Of a DNA stretch of 64,000 nucleotides, positions 37,801-47,000 are shown in pieces. The stretch is from the sequence record NC_042018.1. One strand, given 5' to 3'. The notes beneath the pieces are model-generated. The model had not been told where the DNA came from. It saw nothing but the letters and a program-made list of their open reading frames with translations, and ran no database searches. Position 1 is the first letter of the stretch. Every line of letters starts with the position of its first letter. The position numbers and the translations under genes are program-made.

Positions 37801-40800
37801 GTACACTGGTTTGAAACGACCGTTGAACCAAGTAAAGAAATCACCGATCTCTTTCTTGTCATCCGGGTTCTTCAGGTACGGGGCAAAGAGTTGCTCAATC
37901 GGAACTTCCTTGGCAAAGCTTGCACGTCCCCCTGAGATAACCACAAACTCTGAGAGCTTGGCTTCGGTTTCCAGTACCTTAGTAGCAAGGTCACTGTCGA
38001 CATCAGACAAACCGTACTGGGTCAGACGTAACTTCATCTGCACCGGTTTACGGGTCATCCATTTGTACAGACCATAACCCGCCAACGCCACACCGGCAAT
38101 CCCCAAGGTAATCGGGTTAAACAGTAACGGCGCTGCTGCTGCAGCTAAGCCACCCATCGAGGCATTGAAGCCCAGGGCCCCTGCTGCGGCTACCGCCATC
38201 TGTGCACCACCGTAGACGGTTGCGGCAGTACTGACACCGTTCAACACTTTCTCGGCAGCACCACCCTCTTCGACCAGACCAGAACTTGCTAAGGCATCTG
38301 AAGCATAACCAACTGCTGCACCTACCCCCACACTCTTAACGCCACGGAAGAGACGTTTACCCCAACTCATACGTGGACGTGGTCTCGGTCCATTACGACG
38401 ACGGCGACGGCGTCTTCCACGGCGGTCACGGCGATTGTCTTCACCCTCGTCGTCTCCACCACCCCGCATGTCATTGAAGATGTCGCTTAACGAATCTCCG
38501 TCCCCACCCCACTTCCCAGCAATCCATTTCACCAGTGCTCCAATCCCGGTGGCTACTGTCGTAATCCCGCTGGCGATTTTCGGTAAGAGTCCGATACCCA
38601 CCTGTGCGAACTTAAACAGTGTCCCAAACCCGTTCACGATGGTTTTACCGAAGATCTTCTCAGCAATGAATTTCCCGGAAGTTAGTAATCCACCGCCCAA
38701 CATGCTCAACAAACCCCAGATGCCTTTCTTCTTCGGTTTGTCTTCTTTGTCGTTTCCGCCATTCATGTTTTCTGCGATAGAGATGATAGAGTCCTTGACT
38801 TTCTCTTCTTTCTTCGCACGGGCTTTGGCTTTCTTATCTTCCAGTGAGTTCGCACGCGTTTTATCATCAGCGTCCGCCGGACTGAATCCTTTCGCGGCTT
38901 TGGCTGCAATGTTGCTGATGCTGGCTTCATCTAACGGGTAGTTGAAGTGTTTGCACAGTAACGCGTAGATACGGTCAATGGATGTGATGATAGGGGTATA
39001 GTCTGCTTTCACCAATTCCTTGGTTTTGTCGTAAGCATTGCGACCACCTTTGGTAAGGCTGTCTTTAGCACGCCCCAGGAAGCTCAGGCCGAGTTTACCA
39101 GCCGCACCGGTATATTCGCCTAACTTATTAATAGAGACGCCCATAGACGTTTTCAGGCCGCGCTCGTAATCTTCCTGAGTAATGAGACATTCGCCTTCTC
39201 GGTCGTAGACCGGACCGTCGATTTCATTCCACCCTTTTAGCACCACCGCGTTGCCGTCTTTGTCCTTCTTGACGTACTGACCGGTTTTAAACTTCTTGCC
39301 GATCAACACCGGTGACTTCTCGCCTTCTTTATACACATCCATCTGGTTAAAGCGAGTCGCAATCTTGTTACCAATTGCAGACGCACGACCAAATGGATCG
39401 ATAAATTTAAACGCCTTCACTAACGCATTGCGGATTTTGTCCATGCCTTTTAACAGCACAGCCTTATTCTCCGCGGTGAACAGTTTCTTGGCCAGCTTAG
39501 TCCCAGCAATGTAAACACCGGTTGCCACGTCTTTTACTGTGCCCACGATTTGGCTCCAGGATTTGATTAAGAATCCTTTTGCGGCATCGTAGTAGTCCCC
39601 GTTCTTCAGTTTACGGGCTTCCAGAATCGGATCGGTTGACCCTTCTTCATAGAGGTCCTCGTCATCACTGACGTCCTGTGCCTTAGCGGTTTGACGCAGT
39701 TTACTGTAAGCGGTTGCTGCCAGTCCCCCTACGCCAATCAGCGCTGCCATTTTCGGATCATGGAAGGCAAGCCCTGCCAATGACCCCAGCATCCCACCCA
39801 GTAACAACGGTTCGTTTCTCATTAAGAGTTCGGTGCCTTTGTTAAACAGGTTGCGAGGACTGATGGCTTTAATGCGGTCGAGAATGCTGCGCTTCTGTTG
39901 ATCCACTGCCTTGTCTTCGGCTTCGGCTTTTCCTGGGTCACGAGGAACACCTGGTGCTTTCGCCAACAGCTTCTCTAACAGTTCGTTGCGGGAGGTCGCC
40001 ATGCCGATGAGACTGTCCAGTTTCTCATTGGTTTGACTCATGGGTCCCAGCAAGGGGTTAAAATCAACGTTAAACGCACCCTGCAGCCCTTTCAGCTCAG
40101 TCCCGATGTTAGCCAAGGATTTCAGCGTCTCGGGTGAGAAGGCTGTTTGGAGTCCTTTAATCGACTCTTCTAATCCACTGGTGTCTAACTTGGCCTGGAT
40201 GTTTTGTGTGATGGACGTATCACCACCCAGGAACTGACGGGTCTTGCTTTCAGGATCGGTAGACGGTGCGTCTTCTTCGAACTTGTGGTTTTTGTCTGCA
40301 ATGATTTTCTGCAAACGTTCCCACCCGATGCTGGTGTCGATTTCCTCTACACCGTTACGGGTTTTAATGATGCCGGCTTCACGCAGGTGGTCGTAGTAAC
40401 CACTGTTACGTAACAGGTCAATCTGTTCTTTGACGTCCGGGTTAAACTGAGCCAGATAGTTCGCTGAGTCAGCCACATCGTTTGCCAGTTTGCGTCCTTT
40501 CTTCGACGGCAGTCGGGTTAACAGCTTAGCGCGGTCCATGTCCGTGCCATTGAAGAACTTATCCATGTGTTCATCAGTGATGCCAAAGTTGGCTTTCATC
40601 AACTGACGAATCTCTTCAGCGGCTTTAGGGTCCACACCCTGCTGTTCCAGGTCGAGATAGTTGTACGGCGAGAACCCGAGGTTCTTGTCTGCATCCTGAG
40701 CCAACCGCATCGCGAAGATAGAGTTGGATTGCTCGCTCAGGATACCGTCTTTGTCAATGGTTTTCGCCAGGTTGTTGCTGGCGTCTGCCTGGTTAACAAG

Positions 40801-42456
40801 TTGACGGCGATTGTAGACTTGACCCAATACACCCTTCACGGCTTCACGGTGAGAGATGAAGCGACCCTTGACATAGTCGTAGGTTTGCGGCTTCAGGGAA
40901 TCGTCACCGGTACGCAGCTTCTCTAAAGACAGGTGAATCTGAGAGAACCACTGCGGAATGATTTCGTTCAGGGTGCGGTCAGAACGTACGGTCCAGGTGT
41001 AGGGGTTGATACCGTCTTTTAACGAACGACGAGCCAAGGTGTACTGTGTACCTCGGTTACCGTAAACGTTATCGAGCACGGAGCTCATTCCTTTATTACC
41101 TAACTTCTTCGCCTTCTGGGTCGCCCACCACAACGTCTTCGATTCAGGCTTTTCTCCCGGAGCCAGTGAGTTCACGTATTCTTCATACGTCTGGTCTTCG
41201 GAATAGTCTTCACCTTGGTAATACTTCGCCAGGGTGTTAACGGTGCCTTCTGCGTTCGTGGCGTTGTAGGACAGGATACTGCCCCAGTCAGCCAACTTCG
41301 CATAACGACGACGAATCTCACGGGCCAGCTTCGGGTTCTTGGCCGCAGCCTTGCGAATCAGCTCACGCCCTTTCTTGGAACGCAGCAAGTCCGGAATCTT
41401 GTCAATGAGCGCAGACCCAACCATACGACCGGCCATATCGAACATGTCCATGTCCATGCCTTCGGTCATCTCGAGACCCATACGGGCGTCACCAAGAATT
41501 CCACCCCACTCATCGACCATGTCCTTACGACGGTCGCGCCCAAAGGTTTCTTTCGCCCAATCCCGAATCCCACCGAACTTCCCACTTACCGTAGAGAATA
41601 TGGAATCACGCATGGTCTTACGAGCAGCTTGGTTCAATGACGTCTTTTCAAAGTCCGACATCTGAGCATACTTGGAAACGGTCTTCAACTCATTGATCAT
41701 GCGATGATGAGACGCTTCCATGAACTTGTAGTATTTCGCATTGGTGATGTGCATGCGGGCCAGAAGGTTAATCTTCATGGCGTCATTGCGTGCCTGTACC
41801 TTTTGCTGATAGCGCACCAACTGCTGGATGCCTAACTGAATACCACTTAACGCCTGGTTACTGATGCCCAGTGCACTGAGCGTACGACCCCCCACCTGAG
41901 ACATGGATTTGGTCAGTGCGTCAGTCATCCCCACCATTAACCCATTACGACGTCCTTCTGCGGCCTGGTTGCTTTCCAGCAAACGCTTGACGTCATCATC
42001 TGACGCTTCGCCTACAGACGGGTCGTTATTGGAGGTGGCAGAGGAACTCTTTTCCCAGCTGCTGAAATCGCGTTCGCTGAACGATTCAACGGTGTCGGCG
42101 ATTTTATTAGGAGCGAATTTTCGAAGGCTAGCCACAGAGCGACCTGCAAGATATTGCAAATCTTTCACCGCGTCAGCACTGTCGTTCTTCATCTCCTCCA
42201 GGATAGTTCGACGGATAGTGTTAGCCTGATTCACCGTATTAAAGAAGTTGGTGTACGACTTCGGCAATACGGTACGTAACGTTTTTATTTTGGCGTCGGT
42301 GTCGCCGTAGGTGTTTTCTTTGATGCCTGACAGGAAACCACTAGCGAAGGAGTGCAATCTCCCTTTCTTGCTCGTGTTTCCGTCGAAGTCCATATCAAAG
42401 TCTAAATCACCATCAAAAGGATCGTCACCCCAATCCATATCAAAATCGTCACTCAT
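34837..42456 (-). CDS. Tape measure / tail-associated lysin (phiKZ gp181-like) with GH19 and M15 peptidase domains
   Basis: About 2539 aa from ATG 42456 (MSDDFDMDWG, GAGG RBS). Largely helical, with Gly/Ala hydrophobic segments. GH19 motifs AYESG..GDGWLYRGRGFVQLTGRANY; M15-like SLHKRGLALD..HIHVD. Divergent from vRNAP beta'. Confidence 0.85.
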   Translation of the reverse strand: MSDDFDMDWGDDPFDGDLDFDMDFDGNTSKKGRLHSFASGFLSGIKENTYGDTDAKIKTLRTVLPKSYTNFFNTVNQANTIRRTILEEMKNDSADAVKDLQYLAGRSVASLRKFAPNKIADTVESFSERDFSSWEKSSSATSNNDPSVGEASDDDVKRLLESNQAAEGRRNGLMVGMTDALTKSMSQVGGRTLSALGISNQALSGIQLGIQQLVRYQQKVQARNDAMKINLLARMHITNAKYYKFMEASHHRMINELKTVSKYAQMSDFEKTSLNQAARKTMRDSIFSTVSGKFGGIRDWAKETFGRDRRKDMVDEWGGILGDARMGLEMTEGMDMDMFDMAGRMVGSALIDKIPDLLRSKKGRELIRKAAAKNPKLAREIRRRYAKLADWGSILSYNATNAEGTVNTLAKYYQGEDYSEDQTYEEYVNSLAPGEKPESKTLWWATQKAKKLGNKGMSSVLDNVYGNRGTQYTLARRSLKDGINPYTWTVRSDRTLNEIIPQWFSQIHLSLEKLRTGDDSLKPQTYDYVKGRFISHREAVKGVLGQVYNRRQLVNQADASNNLAKTIDKDGILSEQSNSIFAMRLAQDADKNLGFSPYNYLDLEQQGVDPKAAEEIRQLMKANFGITDEHMDKFFNGTDMDRAKLLTRLPSKKGRKLANDVADSANYLAQFNPDVKEQIDLLRNSGYYDHLREAGIIKTRNGVEEIDTSIGWERLQKIIADKNHKFEEDAPSTDPESKTRQFLGGDTSITQNIQAKLDTSGLEESIKGLQTAFSPETLKSLANIGTELKGLQGAFNVDFNPLLGPMSQTNEKLDSLIGMATSRNELLEKLLAKAPGVPRDPGKAEAEDKAVDQQKRSILDRIKAISPRNLFNKGTELLMRNEPLLLGGMLGSLAGLAFHDPKMAALIGVGGLAATAYSKLRQTAKAQDVSDDEDLYEEGSTDPILEARKLKNGDYYDAAKGFLIKSWSQIVGTVKDVATGVYIAGTKLAKKLFTAENKAVLLKGMDKIRNALVKAFKFIDPFGRASAIGNKIATRFNQMDVYKEGEKSPVLIGKKFKTGQYVKKDKDGNAVVLKGWNEIDGPVYDREGECLITQEDYERGLKTSMGVSINKLGEYTGAAGKLGLSFLGRAKDSLTKGGRNAYDKTKELVKADYTPIITSIDRIYALLCKHFNYPLDEASISNIAAKAAKGFSPADADDKTRANSLEDKKAKARAKKEEKVKDSIISIAENMNGGNDKEDKPKKKGIWGLLSMLGGGLLTSGKFIAEKIFGKTIVNGFGTLFKFAQVGIGLLPKIASGITTVATGIGALVKWIAGKWGGDGDSLSDIFNDMRGGGDDEGEDNRRDRRGRRRRRRRNGPRPRPRMSWGKRLFRGVKSVGVGAAVGYASDALASSGLVEEGGAAEKVLNGVSTAATVYGGAQMAVAAAGALGFNASMGGLAAAAAPLLFNPITLGIAGVALAGYGLYKWMTRKPVQMKLRLTQYGLSDVDSDLATKVLETEAKLSEFVVISGGRASFAKEVPIEQLFAPYLKNPDDKKEIGDFFTWFNGRFKPVYLTYMACLDSVKFKTLEEYDKDETLKVSQIANKAHDALISLMPNPYSIQASIDKDTAILPQQETMARVSDYLKDLNKEYGNPNKNGGTIKTLGTVGAATKKGLEEEKKALEEKAKNPSMFGLFGGSTDYAGARQAEARIKQIDKEIEELNKAYKPGSIAAEANISDLLPEKGTMDLLTALRLAAYGNEFNTPWRVQAVLKLERYMEGQIQLVGGDVRFVGKTGDAYAAFKDAFRIDKDKSKDWALWFRDRFLPVMMTYVRTLQKYRRGLPKDVWRTLTATAKYEIAQELVNTTVRIEDKVYSIWDIKTSPFHYTLSSPRTMKVDDTLKMMANLSNQAKLADPMKEAAKTSAKRMVETNEVHKTGGQETKYNPATGPANNRADQARGGGSNSESGGFSAGGHSLYNTADFYQYNPIEGNSNTATVNLAGVQQNPGDDTGVTVPRKAAEQLIIKEMIAQGFKDPRAIAEMLALCAYESGNFQRTTENMKYTNPEQMVKLFREIKTVEQARQLIQAGPVAIANTVYGGGKGASIGNIAPGDGWLYRGRGFVQLTGRANYRKIGQEIGVDLENNPKLASTDPVTMAKIAVNFFKNSKQLQSITQNGNFGYAALGLNGGNDLPGMDKRFAMYKDYLAKLAGGELKPEEGPTEAGATPNPAQGNTPPALPTGTPAAPGAGGSPGGAPSMGGTPYPTMTNVAPPPPTGMTYNNAGDGFNNTMGTLGEATGSRVSDFGGLKIKSQETVAGGPIHPGLKRLAELIQAKVPNFNRFTALNDAYHQSKPGNSLHKRGLALDFTCTNGAAGASQAIAAVQQIMASAGMGKGDYYILNEYQVTTAHTTGGHIHVDLRSEESAAKFLGKAGVNLERTPGMPEAPSEVPRNAPPSPYGVPAGDGGAEAASPAPTGPMGVNPTAAAPQPTPATPPMAPAPAAPAAAPQSAPAPAPALDLSALSDTLAKVLASGDQAQIQLMQQMVQQLTELNKNMASRPESVKV

Positions 42457-42481
42457 TTTAATCCTCTTTTGGTAATGATTT

Positions 42482-44098
42482 ATGAAACCCACCAATCTAA
42501 AATTACTTGATCCCAAAAGCATTTTGCCGGGAGTAATAAAGCCTATTACCTCTACCGATGCTTTTGAAGGGATGACAAAAAACCTGAACGAAGAGGGTCT
42601 TTATTCGACCACTATCTTCGGACGTGTCGGTACGGATGAGCGTGACAGTACTTTGGGACACATCCCTACCGGCCTGTCTATTTTCAACCCCACATACTTC
42701 AAAGCCTTGGTACAGCTGAAATCTCTGTACCTCGGAATCATCAAAGGAACGGAATACGCCCTATGGGATAGTCAGGAGAAGGATTTCATAAAATCCAACA
42801 TCCTCGAAGGCGAAACCGGTTATTCCTTTTTTATGCGCCATTTTGGGGAAATCGTTCCCAAGGAAACCGGGTCGTATAAACGTAAGCAGCGTATCAAAAT
42901 GTTTGAAACGCAGAAGGCCGTTGCCTTAACGAATAAGGTAATTGTCATTCCCGCCGGCTTACGTGATATCCAGTTCCAGCCCAATGGTCAGGTGCAGGAA
43001 GCAGAGCTTAACGAGTTCTACCGTAAGCTGATGTTTAAGACGCGAGCAGTCTCCGGGGTCACTGAACGGGATGAAGATAACCCGTTGTATGACAGTGTGC
43101 GTTGGGGATTGCAGAACGCCTTTAACGACATCGACCAATACCTGTTTGAAATGTCAGAAGGTAAAGGTGGGTTGTTCCAGCACAAAATGGGAACCCGTGG
43201 TGTGGTTGGGGGAAGTCGTAACGTTATTACGGCACGTGTGGTTTCTCGTCCCCGTTTGTTTGAATACAACGGCGTGCACCCCAACAGCACCGACATGGGT
43301 TTGTACCAATCCATCATGAACAACCAGTATGTGTGTATCTACGCCATGCTGAACGGGTACCTGGATCAAATCTTTACCCGAGGGTCAACCACAGCCAAAC
43401 TCACGAACCAGAAAACCCTGGAGATGGAGTACGTGGACCTGGAAGCGGAAACCATTGATAAGTGGACAAGCTCCGAAGGGTTGATTAAACTGTTCAACGG
43501 ATTTGCGAATACCCACCTCCGCCACAAACCGATTAAAATCAAAGGCTATTATCTCGGCCTGGTGTATGATGATGGCAAGGAAGTTAAAATCCTGTCAGAC
43601 ATCACGGAACTGCCACCGGACCGCAATAAAAAGTTTGTCACTCCCTTAACGTATATCGAGCTGCTTTATATCAGCTGTCAACGTATCCTGCTGGACCAGT
43701 TAAACCAGCAGACCCGTTACCCAATTACTGGCTTGGGTTCTATCTATCCGTCTGAGATTAACCTGTTGACCATTGCAGGGGCGACGTCTCGTCATTTCCT
43801 GGACGAATATTGGGAACCGCAGGACATCTGTCATCGTTATCCACACAAGACCGAACACCCCAGCTACTTTGATGCCATGGCGGTGGACCCAAGCCGTGAG
43901 GCCGGGTTAGGGTCGGACCACGATGGGGATGCCTTGTCAGCGATTGCCGTCAACGGGGAAGACAGTAAGAAAGAAGCCCGGTCGTTATTAGGCAAACGTG
44001 AATACTACATCGGTGGTACAGGGGACTTCCTTTATGACCCTGTTAACGAACCGTTGCTGTTCATGTTTAAAGCCGCGACATCAGGATTGAATAACTAA
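42482..44098 (+). CDS. Virion RNA polymerase beta' subunit, N-terminal/catalytic fragment (phiKZ gp180-like)
   Basis: GLYSTTIFG, VIPAGLRD, QTRYPI and the catalytic GSDHDGD (NADFDGD equivalent). Confidence 0.9.
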   Translation: MKPTNLKLLDPKSILPGVIKPITSTDAFEGMTKNLNEEGLYSTTIFGRVGTDERDSTLGHIPTGLSIFNPTYFKALVQLKSLYLGIIKGTEYALWDSQEKDFIKSNILEGETGYSFFMRHFGEIVPKETGSYKRKQRIKMFETQKAVALTNKVIVIPAGLRDIQFQPNGQVQEAELNEFYRKLMFKTRAVSGVTERDEDNPLYDSVRWGLQNAFNDIDQYLFEMSEGKGGLFQHKMGTRGVVGGSRNVITARVVSRPRLFEYNGVHPNSTDMGLYQSIMNNQYVCIYAMLNGYLDQIFTRGSTTAKLTNQKTLEMEYVDLEAETIDKWTSSEGLIKLFNGFANTHLRHKPIKIKGYYLGLVYDDGKEVKILSDITELPPDRNKKFVTPLTYIELLYISCQRILLDQLNQQTRYPITGLGSIYPSEINLLTIAGATSRHFLDEYWEPQDICHRYPHKTEHPSYFDAMAVDPSREAGLGSDHDGDALSAIAVNGEDSKKEARSLLGKREYYIGGTGDFLYDPVNEPLLFMFKAATSGLNN

Positions 44099-47000
44099 TG
44101 AAAACATTACTGTACAGTGAGTTCTTCCGTTCGTTTGTACTGCGTAAGAAAACCGAGTTAGTGCAACCTAACTTTCTGCCGATTAGCGAAATCTTTTTAC
44201 CGAAGTTTAGTCTGATCCATTACCTGCCTAAACATGCGCAGGAATATGGCCCGGCAGTCACTGAACCGTTCATCAGTAATTTCCCCAAAGATGTCTTTAT
44301 CGATTTCGTGCTGGACTTTGATCCGGTATTAGGGAAAGGGCACAACGTGGCGTTTGATAAACTCAAAGCCATTAAAGCCTACCGTAGCAGCCACTATACC
44401 TACAACTGGACCCGCAACATCAGTTCAGTCTATAACCGTGAAAACGTGTTGGTGGTTGAGAACTACGGCCTGATGGAAAAGAACTGGGCGTATCGTCCGA
44501 GTGTCTTTGCTCAATACGAACAGTACTACAACCGCATGCGGGAAGTGCTGGTTAACGTTAATGCACAGAGCAAGCTGGCGAAACGTAAGCAGTTCCTGCG
44601 CATTGACCTGCCGTTGGTTATGCCGGAGTTCAAAGGACTTCAGGAAGACTACCGACATCATTTGAAAAGCTTTGAGAACGGGTTGCCTAATCCGACCCGT
44701 CAGAGCATTCGTTTAACCAAACGTGAAAACAGTTACTGGGTTCTGGATTGGTACGCGTTCCTGCTGGGCGATTATGAACACTCAATGTTCGGTCAACTCA
44801 GTGATGAGGCGTTGGACGACCTTCACTTAATCTTTACCTTTAACAGTAAATGTTTGGTGGTTAACCTTGGTTTGATTAAACAGTGGTTTGATGAAATCAA
44901 GAAGGATGCTCAACGGTTAAACGCAACCAAACGTTTCTATCTGGCGCTGATTAACTTGACTCGCGGTGGCGTCTCTGAAAAAGAGATTGTCGAAGAAGAG
45001 GAAGAAAATGGAACCGCTACTGCCGACGCCGGCAAAGCCAAAGCGCAAGCTCCTGTGGTTGAAGCAGAGGGAAGCGATGAAACGGGGGGAGATACCGGAT
45101 CAGAAACCGAGGACGTTTCTGGCACGTCTCAGTCTACCGGCTCTACTGCTCCTGCTGGTGATATTCTTGACGTTTTCGGTAGCAATAAAGGTAGTAACTC
45201 AGGAAGTGATGACGCCGCCGGAAATCCGGGAAGCGGAGCTGATGCTGAAAGTGATCCAGACGCCGGAGTTCAAGATGTAGCCGAAGACTGGACCGGGGAT
45301 GTTGACGACCGTTTGTTAGAGGAAGAAACGTCACAAGACGAAGAAGTCCACTACGACAAGCGTGATGTGTTTGACAACCCGATGCAGGGCATTCAGATGG
45401 CACTGGAAGAGCGTGCCCGTGACGGTTCCCTGAGCGTTGCTGAGCAAGAGTTCTTTGTTCGTAAAGGCAGTCGCTATCTGGAAATCGAAATGAACGACGG
45501 CAAGAACTTTGCTGAATTCATGGAGATTCAACCGGAAGAACTGAAAACGCTGAAAGCAGACGCCCAGGTGACCGGTGAGTTCGCTACCGTGCTGGACGAA
45601 AGCATGCTGCAAAACCGTGCGGCGGTACTGCGTAAAGATTACGTCAACAAAGGTCTGTTGATGAAAGACATTACGCGTTGCGTGCTGGGCATTCAAAACG
45701 CTGGGGTGTGCTTAACCGATTTCCGCCACGAACGTATTACTAACGTGGCCGGTAGCTACGATACCTTTACTCTGCAGATGCATCCTGTGGACGGCAGTCA
45801 GTCTACCCGCCAGATTCGTATTCCGGCAGTGGACAAAGACGGTATGTTCATGGTAGATGAAGTGAAGTACCATCTTCAACTGCAGCGTATGGAATTGCCG
45901 ATTCGCAAAATCAACGAACGTCAGGTAGCCTTAACCAGTTACTACGACAGCAAGTTGATGATCAGCCGTAACGATAAAGCCAACGACGATTATGCCCGCT
46001 GGTTAATCAAACAGATTCAGGCGCAGGCTACGGATAAGAAGATTGTTATTCGCAATGGTAACGTCTATGACAAAACCATGAAGACGCCGCGCTTGTACAG
46101 CATGATGGCCAAGAAGTTCCAGGACATCAGCATCAAAGACCCTGAGATGACCTTTGACTTCAACTTCCACAAACTGGTTGAAGCCCATCCTGAATTTAAA
46201 GACTACAACAAGCTCGATAAATTCCTGATTGGGGTAAAAGGCAAAGACCCTATCTGGGTTGACGACTACGGCAACGTGTACGTCGGTCAGAAAGAGCAGG
46301 GAACCTTCGAGTCGCTGTTGGGTATCAGTACCCGTAAAGCGCCGCTGGAACACTGTGTGGTTAACATCCGTGGTTACCAGTTCCCGATTGGTGTGGTGCT
46401 GTGTTACTACTTCGGTATTGACAAGCTGCTGAAAATCATCAAAGCACAAACCCGTACGGTGCCGATGGGCAACAAGCCTAACTTAACCGAAGACGAGTTC
46501 GCCATGGTGTTCAACGATGAGTACCTCATCTTTAACCGCCGTGAACGTCTCACTACGTTAATCTTTGGTGGTATGGTTGGGTTAACCAACCTGAGCAACT
46601 TCAGTCGTGTGGACCTGAACAACAAAGGTGTGTGGGTGCCGTTGATGGGAGACCCGAAGGTCAAACCAACGCACTTCAAAGAAATGAAGAACATCTTTGA
46701 CCTGTTCATCGATCCGATTACCAAAGACGAACTGAAACGCATGGGGTACTCGGTCACGATTCACTACCTGCTGATTGATGCGGTTAAACTGTTGATGACA
46801 GATTACACCCGTCATGAAGTTGAGCTGGAAGAACAGCGTGTGGTGGGGTATGAACGTTTCGCTGGTCAGATTTACGGCGAACTGTGTCGTTCTATTCGTC
46901 AATACCGTAATAAAGGTGGCGATCGTAAACACACAGTGGACCTCAACCCGGAAGGTGTTATCCTCGGCATCATCACAGACACCTCTGTGAACTCCGTGGA

